DNA of 64,000 bases from an uncultured Thermus sp. (GTDB taxonomy: Bacteria > Deinococcota > Deinococci > Deinococcales > Thermaceae): contig CAMTVD010000013.1 of assembly GCA_947085095.1 (NCBI GenBank), positions 61,360 through 125,359 of the forward strand. The letters are read 5' to 3'. Within the stretch, counting starts at the first letter, position 1; each line of letters starts with the position of its first letter. Made by a program: the position numbers and the translations under genes. This document shows, in pieces, positions 17,601 to 25,404 of the stretch. The notes beneath the pieces were generated by a model, which did no database searches, was not told the DNA's origin, and saw nothing but the letters and a program-made list of their open reading frames with translations.

Positions 17601-19934
17601 GCGCACCAAGCCCGCCGCCTCCAGGTTCTTGAGGTGGGGCTGGGTGTTGCGGGCCGCCTCGAGGACCGCCGCCAGGGAGAGGAGGCGCTCGTAGGCGGCC
17701 CCTTCGGGGGTGTAGGGGTCGTAGAGGTCCCGCACCCCTTGCCGCACCTCCGCCCGGCTCCAGACCTGGTGCACCTGCCTGCCCAGCTCTGAGAGGTAGG
17801 CCGGGCCCTGCTCCAGGACCTCCAGGACCGTCTGGCGGAAGAAAACCTTGCGGAAGAGGTCCTGGAAATGGCCCGCCTGGAACTCGGCGTCCTGGCGGTT
17901 GTCGGTGAAGGCGATGATCTTGCGCTCCCCTTCCGGGAGGGTGCCCAGGGTGCTGAGGAGGAGAAGGTCGGTGGCGGTGGAGCGGCCCACCAGGCCAAAG
18001 GCGGAAAGCTTCCTTATCTCCCCGCCCCGGCGGGAGTGGGCCACCTGGCAGGTGGGGCAGAACTGGAAGGGGTAGGGGAGGACGGCGAAGGGCACCCCCT
18101 TCTCCCCCCTTGCCCCGGTGAAGGGGTCCAGGAGAAGGTTCTGGGGAACCAGGTTCCGCTTGTCCCGCTTCACCTCACCGTCCTCCAGCCAGTCCTCGGG
18201 GAGGGGTTCTCCCTCTGGGTTCCAGAACCCGGGCCGGAGGTAGCGCACCTGCCCGCTGGGGGACTCCATGAGGGAGGGGCCAGGGAGGTGGACCCCGTTT
18301 TCCAGGCGGGCCACCAGGTACTCCTGGCCGCAGTTGCGGCAGAAGACCACGGGGTAGGCGGGCTTGCCCTCCAGGAACCTTTCCCCTTTGAGGGAGAGGG
18401 GCTTCAGGTCCAGGGGGGCGGTGAGGTCGGGGGCCTGGGCGTAGAAGGCGTGGATGCGGGGCACCAGGTAGCCCGTGGCCGCCCCCACCTCGAGGCCCAG
18501 CCGCACCTCCGCCTGGGCCCGGTCCTGGGGGATTCCCTCCTCCTTGGCCAGGGTTTCCGCCAGTTCCCTTAGGGTCCGGGGTTCCTTTAGGGCTTTTTCC
18601 AAGAAAAAGACCACCTTCCTTACCCGCTCCTCTCCTCCAGGCCTTTCCTCCACCCGCTTCTTCAACTCCGGGGGGAGGGTGGAGAGGTCCAGGGGAGGGG
18701 GGTCCTCGAGGGTCTCCCCGATGACCCGGGTAACGGGAACGCCGAAGAGGTTTTCCGCGAAGCGGCGGATGGCCTCCTCCCCCCGGTCCACGGTGGCCGA
18801 GGTGCCGATGGCCTGGAGGCTCTTGGTGGTCCCCGTGTGCTGGCGCAGGCGGCGGATGAGGAGGGCCACGTCGGCTCCCCGGAGGCCCGCGTAGGCGTGC
18901 ACCTCGTCCAGGACCAGGTAGCGCAAGACCCCCCGGTGCTCCGGGGGAAAGAGGTAGCGGTCCTCCCCTCGGGTGAGGAGGAGCTCCAGCTGGACGTAGT
19001 TGGTCATGAGGATGTCCGGGGGGTTTTGCCGGATCTCTTCGCGGCTCAGGACCTCGGCGTCGCTCACACGCCTTTCCAGGGCCAGGCGCTCCCTGAGGAC
19101 CCGCCCCTCCTCCCGGCTCACGGGGGTCTCCCCGGTGTAGAGGGCGATGCGGAGGCCGGAGCCGTGGAGCCTTAGGGCGAAGTCCCGGTACTGGGAGTTG
19201 GCCAGGGCGTTCATGGGGTAGACGATCACCGCCTTGATGCCGGGCCGCCTCTCCCTCAAGGCGTAGGCCAGGATGGGCATGCCGAAGGCCAGGCTCTTGC
19301 CTGAGCCCGTGCCCGTGGCCACCACGAAGCTTTCCCCGTGATGGGCCGCCCTAAGGGCCTGCTCCTGGTGCACATAGGGGTGGAAGGGGGTCAGGTCCTG
19401 GAAGTCCTCGGGGTTGCGCCGGAGGAGGGGGCGGATCTCGGGGGGCAGGAGGCCCTCCCGGATGAGCGCGTCCACGCTTAGGCCCAGGCGGTAGCGGCGC
19501 TTTTGCGCCACGAAGGGCTCCCGCCAGAGGAGGTCCTCCTCCTCCACCCCCCTTCGCAGGAACTCGGCGATCTCGGGGTTGCGGGGGGTGACGAAGCTCT
19601 CGGCGTAGGCGCGGAAGCTATTTTGGATGGCCTCCAACTGACTAAAGGGGTCCCGCAGGCCCGGGGTGGCCTCGAGGGCCACCTCCTCCAGGCCCAGCAG
19701 GGAGGCCGCCCAGGACCGGAGCGCCCTCGGCATGGTGGTAAGCCCCAGGCGGCGGGCGGCCTCCTCCTGGGAGAGCCCCAGGGCCAGAAGGGGCTGGAGG
19801 AGGGGCTTCAGGCTTTCCGGGTCCGCCTCGGAAACCCCGCTCCAGTCCAGGCTTTCCCCCTGGATGAGGCGGGGGAGGACCTGGGCGAACCAATGGTGAG
19901 GTTCCAGGTGGGACGCTTGGAGTTGAAGGGCCAT
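14655..19934 (-). CDS. Large DEAD/DEAH-box SF2 helicase with DUF1998 (MrfA-type Zn) domain and C-terminal DUF559/Vsr-like nuclease
   Basis: HQEQA, TGTGSGKS, YPMNALANSQ, LDEVH, TSAT, FTDNRQDA, HSGQ, ATPTLEMGIDIG, YAQRSGRAGR, several CxxC, CERACYDCL, SELE...LDFFY...YVDGPSH; start set at ATG 19934 (TAAACT -10 seven nt upstream); ORF open to 19982. Confidence 0.88.
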   Translation of the reverse strand: MALQLQASHLEPHHWFAQVLPRLIQGESLDWSGVSEADPESLKPLLQPLLALGLSQEEAARRLGLTTMPRALRSWAASLLGLEEVALEATPGLRDPFSQLEAIQNSFRAYAESFVTPRNPEIAEFLRRGVEEEDLLWREPFVAQKRRYRLGLSVDALIREGLLPPEIRPLLRRNPEDFQDLTPFHPYVHQEQALRAAHHGESFVVATGTGSGKSLAFGMPILAYALRERRPGIKAVIVYPMNALANSQYRDFALRLHGSGLRIALYTGETPVSREEGRVLRERLALERRVSDAEVLSREEIRQNPPDILMTNYVQLELLLTRGEDRYLFPPEHRGVLRYLVLDEVHAYAGLRGADVALLIRRLRQHTGTTKSLQAIGTSATVDRGEEAIRRFAENLFGVPVTRVIGETLEDPPPLDLSTLPPELKKRVEERPGGEERVRKVVFFLEKALKEPRTLRELAETLAKEEGIPQDRAQAEVRLGLEVGAATGYLVPRIHAFYAQAPDLTAPLDLKPLSLKGERFLEGKPAYPVVFCRNCGQEYLVARLENGVHLPGPSLMESPSGQVRYLRPGFWNPEGEPLPEDWLEDGEVKRDKRNLVPQNLLLDPFTGARGEKGVPFAVLPYPFQFCPTCQVAHSRRGGEIRKLSAFGLVGRSTATDLLLLSTLGTLPEGERKIIAFTDNRQDAEFQAGHFQDLFRKVFFRQTVLEVLEQGPAYLSELGRQVHQVWSRAEVRQGVRDLYDPYTPEGAAYERLLSLAAVLEAARNTQPHLKNLEAAGLVRYTYRRLEELLKDEDLWQGVSAPLEVRRDYLVGLLDLMRRRGAIHHPLLNPYAFRSEVEEPLAAFPQEVFVDPVGAAILLESKALRAPRFGHTFGLYGERRPSPFEAWTMRALLLPRQEAQALLKRLVRALKEQRVLVPWEFPARGREKVVGLAISPTAILLEKTEGRFLFCPRSTYTGHLYALRLSPEYPAQALEEREVHPFYRELYQRRVFPLALEARSHSGQVPGEERRRLEERFRNPQDPLSVLVATPTLEMGIDIGALSSVYLRNIPPSPASYAQRSGRAGRKGQPALIQAFAGAQGHDQYFYRFPQKMVRGSIQAPRFLLDNPRLIKAHIRALVLEVLAQDGFSLPGKVGLAVDYEDQVHFYPLLPRFRKDLEERLARYREATLKAVKEAFAREMALFPWLNEDLIAGTVDGFVAEMDAELSPWREAYLDAQKRYTEYATRLGYMGPKHDHRDEVRAEVERADRERRYLVEMDFRDYLESRGFLPNYAFGRATTWAELHTPGGEVRRLERPIFIALTELAPGNSVYYGARRYHLERLAFVPKEDSFRPAKRCACGHVEEAEGASTCPSCGRNLAELPPSLRLLPPPVLLGLPRRRIGSEEEDRVRLGYQVEWHWRRRSPRVLAYRDVRLLYEHNAEVVALNQGLRAWFLDEEDDLPVGPGFVYCRRCRRFLLTQKELKEHPWREGGSGRCPQGGTEEDLRGGLVLEARAESDLVALEVPFPPELDRQQTTAFYKSLLAAFRKAALITLELSEEELFGFLQPTPEPRIPYRVVLVEGQEGGLGALAALAEWPSLEEPHPFHELVETALRLMHQGEEGCERACYDCLMDYGNQADHPHLDRNLVLPLFRQLLGAQFTETQPDGEDPRLARLLEACQSELERRWLLECHRRGVPLPERAQYTLEVGQTFTRLDFFYDRGVGVYVDGPSHEDPERAQKDRELRQRLTLLGVPYVVFRDGEPWDEAFAELVQLLRPGSRED

Positions 19935-20020
19935 CACCCATAGTTTATGGGCGGCTTCTGGGTTGCGGTGGTCATGCATCACACGAGGGGGGAGGCGCGT
20001 ATTGCCATACTGGACAAGCT

Positions 20021-22012
20021 ATGAGCACGAGGGAGCATCTGTACCGGACCTTAAGGGATCGGTTTGGCCTAGAGAAGTTCCGCCCTGGGCAGCTGGAGGC
20101 CATAGAGGCGGCCCTTTCGGGGAAGCGGCTTTTGTTGATCCAACCCACGGGTTGGGGAAAGAGCCTGGTCTACCAGATGGTGGCCGCTGAAAGGGGTTTG
20201 ACCTTGGTTTTCAGTCCGCTTAGGGCCCTCATGCGGGACCAGGTGCGGGAGGCCGAAAAGTATGGGCTGAAAGCTCGGGTTCTTAACTCGGACATGGAGT
20301 TGGCAGAACAAGAAGCCATCCTCAAGGAAGTGAGCGAAGGGGGAGTGGATCTCCTGTACATTGCCCCAGAGCGGCGCAACAATGGTCTGTGGAGGGAATG
20401 GGTGGGCCTTCTTCCTATCCGGGCCTTGGTGGTGGACGAGGCCCATTGTATTTCCCAGTGGGGCCATGATTTTCGCCCCGATTACCGACGGATCATAGAG
20501 GTCGTGCGGTTATTGCCCCCGCAAACGCCGGTGATCGCGGTCACCGCAACAGCCACACAGCGGGTTCAGCAAGATATTGAAGCTCAGCTGGGAGGATCGT
20601 TGCACGTCATCCGCGGCAACTTGACCCGCCCCAATCTCAGCCTTCATGTCGTCCGTGTGGGAGACGAGGCAGAAAAGTTCGCAGAAGTGTACCGCTGGGT
20701 GAGCTTCTTAGAGGGGACTGGGATTGTTTATACCGCCACCAAAGCCTCCGCAGAAGCAATCGCCGCTTTCCTCCAGGAGAATGGCGTGGACGCCCGCTAT
20801 TACCACGCAGATTTGCCTTCAGAAGAGCGAAAAGCCATAGAAGAGGCTCTCCTCAACAATGAGGTGAAGGCGGTTGTTTCCACAAATGCCCTAGGAATGG
20901 GGATTAACAAGCCCGATCTCCGCTTTATCGTGCACGCCGAGTTCCCGGGGTCGCTTCTGGCCTATTACCAAGAGATCGGCCGAGCTGGTCGCGATGGTCT
21001 GCCTGCTTACGCTGTGCTGGTTTATGATCCAGAGGACAGATCCATTCAAGAGCACTTCATAAAAAACAGCAAACCTTCTGAGGAAGCCTACCAGCGCGTT
21101 CACCAGATTTTGCAAACGGAGGTTCTATCCATACGGGATCTTTCGCTAAAAACTGGCCTTTCGCAAACGGCCTTGAGGAATATCCTGGCTGACCTCGAGG
21201 ACCAGGGTATCGTGGCGAAAGTCGCTACAGACTACCGGGCCATTTCCTCAGAAATGCCTGATCTTTCCCATTACGAGCCCATTCGGGAACAGAAGAGGCG
21301 AGACCTGGAGGAGATGGTCCGCTATGTGGAAACCAGCTTGTGCAGGATGGAGCATATCTGCCGTTATCTGGGGGACTTAACTACTTCCCCCTGCGGGGTG
21401 TGCGATAACTGCGCGCCGCGGCACTGGCCGCCACTGAGTGAGGATGTTTTGGCTTCTGCCAGGGCTTTTGTCAGCCATCCTAGGATTCACCTTAAATCCA
21501 AGCTGAATGGGACTAAGGTTTACCAGGATGCTCGGGCCTTGAGCTACTACAATGGGACGCGCGTAGGGGAAACCATTTCCCGCTGCAAGTACGAGACCCA
21601 CCAACCCTTCCCCGAGTGGTTGGTTGACGAAGCGGCTCAGGTCGTCAAGAAGTACTGGGGCGGCGTTGTGTTTACCGGCGTGGTGGCCGTACCTTCCACA
21701 AAGAGTGGGGATTTGGTGAGGAATCTAGCGGAAAGATTGGCCAGCAAGCTGGGACTTAGCTTCGTGGATGTGCTGGTCAAGACCAGGCACACGCGTCCGC
21801 AGAAAGACTTTACAAACCGCGCTCAGAAACGGCAGAACCTGCAGGGGGCGTTCGCTGTTGGGACCCCTTTAAGGGGTACGCTATTGGTTGTGGACGACGT
21901 GGCGGACTCAGGTGTCACCTTTGAGGAAGTGGGAAAGGCGCTAAGGCGGGCGGGAGCGGGGCACTTGTACGCCTTAGCTCTTGCCAAAACACGGCACTCA
22001 GACGACCTATGA
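20021..22012 (+). CDS. RecQ-family helicase with C-terminal phosphoribosyltransferase (ComF-like) domain, RqlH-like
   Basis: FRPGQ, PTGWGKS, VDEAHCISQWGHDFRPDY, TATAT, YYQEIGRAGRDG, CRM...CGVCDNC; C-term RPQK...LVVDDVADSGVT PRPP-binding loop. Confidence 0.9.
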   Translation: MSTREHLYRTLRDRFGLEKFRPGQLEAIEAALSGKRLLLIQPTGWGKSLVYQMVAAERGLTLVFSPLRALMRDQVREAEKYGLKARVLNSDMELAEQEAILKEVSEGGVDLLYIAPERRNNGLWREWVGLLPIRALVVDEAHCISQWGHDFRPDYRRIIEVVRLLPPQTPVIAVTATATQRVQQDIEAQLGGSLHVIRGNLTRPNLSLHVVRVGDEAEKFAEVYRWVSFLEGTGIVYTATKASAEAIAAFLQENGVDARYYHADLPSEERKAIEEALLNNEVKAVVSTNALGMGINKPDLRFIVHAEFPGSLLAYYQEIGRAGRDGLPAYAVLVYDPEDRSIQEHFIKNSKPSEEAYQRVHQILQTEVLSIRDLSLKTGLSQTALRNILADLEDQGIVAKVATDYRAISSEMPDLSHYEPIREQKRRDLEEMVRYVETSLCRMEHICRYLGDLTTSPCGVCDNCAPRHWPPLSEDVLASARAFVSHPRIHLKSKLNGTKVYQDARALSYYNGTRVGETISRCKYETHQPFPEWLVDEAAQVVKKYWGGVVFTGVVAVPSTKSGDLVRNLAERLASKLGLSFVDVLVKTRHTRPQKDFTNRAQKRQNLQGAFAVGTPLRGTLLVVDDVADSGVTFEEVGKALRRAGAGHLYALALAKTRHSDDL

Positions 22013-23034
22013 ACCCGCTTTACTGGATGCTTCTTGCTCATAGCGAGCTCAAGCCTGGGGAGCGCTTAGAGGTCATTAAGCATGCCAAGAAGACATCTGG
22101 CTCCCTAGAAGCTTTTATTGAGCAGGACCTTCCCAATCTGGAGGGGGAACTTGCGCGTAAGCTGCGGGATGCCTTGGCAAAAGCTTCCACCACAGCGCTA
22201 TTGCTAGAGGAGCTGCGGAGCCAGGGTATCAAGGTTCTGGCTGTGACCGACCCTTCTTATCCTCGCTCCCTCAAAGAGGGCCTCAAAAGCAAAACGCCCT
22301 TGGTTCTGTACGTTCTCGGGGAGCCAAGGCTTCTTAGCTTGGCCTCCGGCCTAACCTTAGCGATCATTGGGTCTCGCGAAGCCTCCGAGGAGGCTCTCAG
22401 ATGGGCACGAAAGGCTGGCGCTCACTTTGGACTTGAGGGCTACACCGTGGTGACGGGGATGGCTAGGGGCATAGACCTCGAGGCGGCGGAGGGTGCTTTG
22501 GAAGCGGGGGGTCGTGTAGTGGGGGTGCTTCCCTATGGCTTGCTCGTGGGTAGGGAAGTCCACCGTTTGGTTAAGAGGTACCAGGAGCACATCGTTGGTG
22601 GTAGGCTGGCTCTCGTTTCCGACCTTTTTCCTAAAGCGCCGTGGAAGGCCACTTGGGCCATGGCAAGAAACCGCATCGTGGTAGGGCTGGCCCATGGCAT
22701 CTTGGTAGTGGAAAGCGGCCTTAAGGAAACTGAAGGCAAAGAGGGGAAAAAGCGGCTGAGCGGCACCTGGAACGCGGTGGAGAGAGCCAAAGAGCTGGAT
22801 AAGCCCGTGTTTGTTTTGGAGCTTCCCGCGCCTGGTAATCGGGGCCTTGTTGAGGAAAGGCTAGGTCTGGCTGTGCCCTTGAAGGAGCCTTGGGAGACTT
22901 TCGCTTTTGTAGAGGATGAGCTTTATGCCCGGACCCGGGGAAGTCACGCGGCGGAAGTCCCTGGAAGCAGTGTTGAAGGCGGTAAGGGAGAGGGTCACAA
23001 AGGATCCGCAGTGCAACCAAAGCTATTTGATTAA
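22009..23034 (+). CDS. DprA/SMF-family DNA-processing protein, RqlI-like
   Basis: YP-x2-L, P-x-VLY-x2-G, AIIGSR, VVTGMARGID, AMARNRIVVGLA, VVES, SGTW; ATGA overlap with RecQ-PRTase. Confidence 0.88.
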   Translation: MNPLYWMLLAHSELKPGERLEVIKHAKKTSGSLEAFIEQDLPNLEGELARKLRDALAKASTTALLLEELRSQGIKVLAVTDPSYPRSLKEGLKSKTPLVLYVLGEPRLLSLASGLTLAIIGSREASEEALRWARKAGAHFGLEGYTVVTGMARGIDLEAAEGALEAGGRVVGVLPYGLLVGREVHRLVKRYQEHIVGGRLALVSDLFPKAPWKATWAMARNRIVVGLAHGILVVESGLKETEGKEGKKRLSGTWNAVERAKELDKPVFVLELPAPGNRGLVEERLGLAVPLKEPWETFAFVEDELYARTRGSHAAEVPGSSVEGGKGEGHKGSAVQPKLFD

Positions 23035-23073
23035 TCCCTAGTTCTGGCCCCTTAGAAGGCAGAGGAGGAGGGC

Positions 23074-25401
23074 ATGGGGGAGATGGTCCTCAAAGAAGAA
23101 GAAAAGGTCCTCTTGGCCCGGGAGCGTTATCTGTCGGCCTTTCCCGAGGAGCAGCGGGGGATAGCGGGAGAGCTTTTGTTCGCTGCCTATAGACAGCTGA
23201 CTAAGGAGCGAGGACCGCAGATCAAAGTCATTCCCCCTGACAGCCTTCTGGTGAGGGCCAGGCAGCTGGCCCAGGAGGGCTTAGAGGACCCATACCGCGA
23301 ACAGGTTTTTAAGGAGGCGGCTCAGCACTTCCTGGAGCTGCCCCGGGAGGTGCTGGACGCGGGGCTGGCCTGGGTCTTCGCCTGGGTGCACCTGTCCCAG
23401 GAGACCCGCAATCGCTTGCGGCGGCGCGCAAGAGAGAAAGAGGGAGGCCCGGGCAAGCGGAGCCCGGATAAAGTGGAAGAAGCCCGCTTTGAGAACATCC
23501 TCCAGGCGGCTTACCAGGAGTTGGCCTCTGGGGTTAGCGAGCCCAAGAGCGTTGAGAACCTCTTGAGGCAGGCCAAGCTGGTCGCAGCCAAACGAGGCGA
23601 CACCCAGTTCATCCTGGCGGCTGAGAACCCTGACGCTCTCATTCCCTTGGCGGAGCGGGTTTTGGCCCAGAACCGGAGGGCGAGGCTGGCTTCGGTCTCG
23701 GCCCCACCAACCAAAGCGGAGGCCACGGAGGTGAAGCCCACCCCTGAGCAAGGGGAAGCCGTTAAGCGCTACCTCGAGGGCCAGGACTTGAAGCTGGTGG
23801 CCGTGGCGGGAAGCGGGAAGACCACCACTTTGCGCTTTATGGCCGAGGCCGAGCCCAAAAAGAAGGTGCTTTACCTGGCCTTCAACCGCGCGATCAAAGA
23901 GGAGGGCGAAAGGGTATTCCCTGAGAACGCCGCGGTGCGGACCCTCCACGGCTTTGCCCACAGCCAGGTGGTCAACTGGGACTACCAGAAAAAGCTGGAC
24001 AAGGGCAAGGATAACCTGCCCCCTAGGGCCATTGCCGAGGTCTTGGAGTTGCCCCGGGAAAGGTATCTCTTGGCCTATGTGATCCGCGACACCTTGAATG
24101 CCTTTTTGACTTCCGCGGCGGACGCGCCCACGCTGGCCCACCTCCCCGCAAGCTACCGCCTTCTCCGGGAACAGAAGAAGGGCTGGGACCTCGAGGCCGA
24201 GTACGTCCTCAAAAGCGTCCGGCTCCTCTGGAAGTTGATGCAGGACCCCCGCGATCCTTTTCCCTTGACCCACGACGGTTACGTGAAGATGTGGTCCCAA
24301 GGGAACCCCGTCATTCGCGGGTACGACGCCGTCCTGGTAGATGAGGCCCAGGACCTATCCCCGGTTTTTCTCAATGTCCTCGAGGCCCATCAGGGCAAGC
24401 TTCAACGGGTCTACGTGGGCGACCCGAGGCAGCAGATTTACGCTTGGCGCGGCGCGGTGAACGCCATGGGCCGCCTGGAAGCTCCCGAGGCCCGGCTTAC
24501 CTGGAGCTTTCGCTTTGGTGTGGAGCTGGCCGAGGCGGTGCGGGCTTACTTTGACTACCTTGGAGATCCTCTACCCGTGACGGGTAAGGCGCCCTGGTCC
24601 ACACAGATCTCCATGGAGGCTCCGGAAGAACCCTTCACGGTGCTGGCCAGAACCAACGCTGGAGTGGTGGAGGCCGTGGCCCAGCTGGCCTTGGGGCGCT
24701 CTGATAAGCCCAAGGTTCACGTGGTGGGCGGAGTGGAGGAGCTGGCACGCCTTCTCCTGGACGCAGACGATCTGAAGCACGGGCGGCCCCGTTCCTTTCC
24801 CCATCCCGAGCTTTCCATGGTCTGGACCTGGGAAGAGCTGGAGATGCTGGCCCAGGAGCTCCACCACCCCACGGCCAAGACGCTCCTCCGCCTCGCTCAG
24901 CGGTACGATCTGGCAAAACTGGCCCCCGCGCTTCGTGGGGTGCATGTAGACGAAGAAGGCGCCGCTACCTATGTCCTTTCCACCGCCCACAAGGCCAAGG
25001 GGCGGGAGTGGGATAAGGTCTTCCTCTGGGATGATTACCTGGAGGTTTGGGAGCCCAAGGTGCGCCAGACTTACCAGGAGAAGGGGGATGAGGAGGAGCT
25101 GAGGGAGGCGGAGAACCTCCTTTACGTGGCCATGACCAGGGCCCGGAAGTACCTGCGGGTGATGCCTCCGCTTCTCAAGGTGCTCCGCCGGGAGCTTCCC
25201 CCTCTACGGGAGACCCAAGCCCCTGAGGGCGGCAAAGGAGGGGAGAAGGTCATTGAGGCAAGGGTTGTTCAAGAAGGGCCCATGACCCCAGAGCCTCAGG
25301 GCCGGGGAGTTCTGGGCTTGGCCGCTTTCCTGGCCAAGATTGCCTCGGACCCTAGGATTCCGGAGGAGATCCGCCTCGAGGCCGCCTCCTGGTTGAAGTG
25401 A
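23074..25401 (+). CDS. UvrD-like SF1 DNA helicase with uncharacterised helical N-terminal region
   Basis: AVAGSGKTT, YLAFN, TLHGFA, LVDEAQD, VGDPRQQIYAWRGA, SFRFG, TAHKAKGREW, LLYVAMTRAR; GAGGAGG RBS. Confidence 0.88.
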   Translation: MGEMVLKEEEKVLLARERYLSAFPEEQRGIAGELLFAAYRQLTKERGPQIKVIPPDSLLVRARQLAQEGLEDPYREQVFKEAAQHFLELPREVLDAGLAWVFAWVHLSQETRNRLRRRAREKEGGPGKRSPDKVEEARFENILQAAYQELASGVSEPKSVENLLRQAKLVAAKRGDTQFILAAENPDALIPLAERVLAQNRRARLASVSAPPTKAEATEVKPTPEQGEAVKRYLEGQDLKLVAVAGSGKTTTLRFMAEAEPKKKVLYLAFNRAIKEEGERVFPENAAVRTLHGFAHSQVVNWDYQKKLDKGKDNLPPRAIAEVLELPRERYLLAYVIRDTLNAFLTSAADAPTLAHLPASYRLLREQKKGWDLEAEYVLKSVRLLWKLMQDPRDPFPLTHDGYVKMWSQGNPVIRGYDAVLVDEAQDLSPVFLNVLEAHQGKLQRVYVGDPRQQIYAWRGAVNAMGRLEAPEARLTWSFRFGVELAEAVRAYFDYLGDPLPVTGKAPWSTQISMEAPEEPFTVLARTNAGVVEAVAQLALGRSDKPKVHVVGGVEELARLLLDADDLKHGRPRSFPHPELSMVWTWEELEMLAQELHHPTAKTLLRLAQRYDLAKLAPALRGVHVDEEGAATYVLSTAHKAKGREWDKVFLWDDYLEVWEPKVRQTYQEKGDEEELREAENLLYVAMTRARKYLRVMPPLLKVLRRELPPLRETQAPEGGKGGEKVIEARVVQEGPMTPEPQGRGVLGLAAFLAKIASDPRIPEEIRLEAASWLK

Positions 25402-25404
25402 AGC

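Noticed and set aside
22009..23034. Housekeeping competence dprA (and housekeeping recQ upstream)
   Set aside because: Coupled to a RecQ-PRTase fusion in an AT-richer cassette; no C-terminal winged helix or HRDC evident; fits RqlH/RqlI
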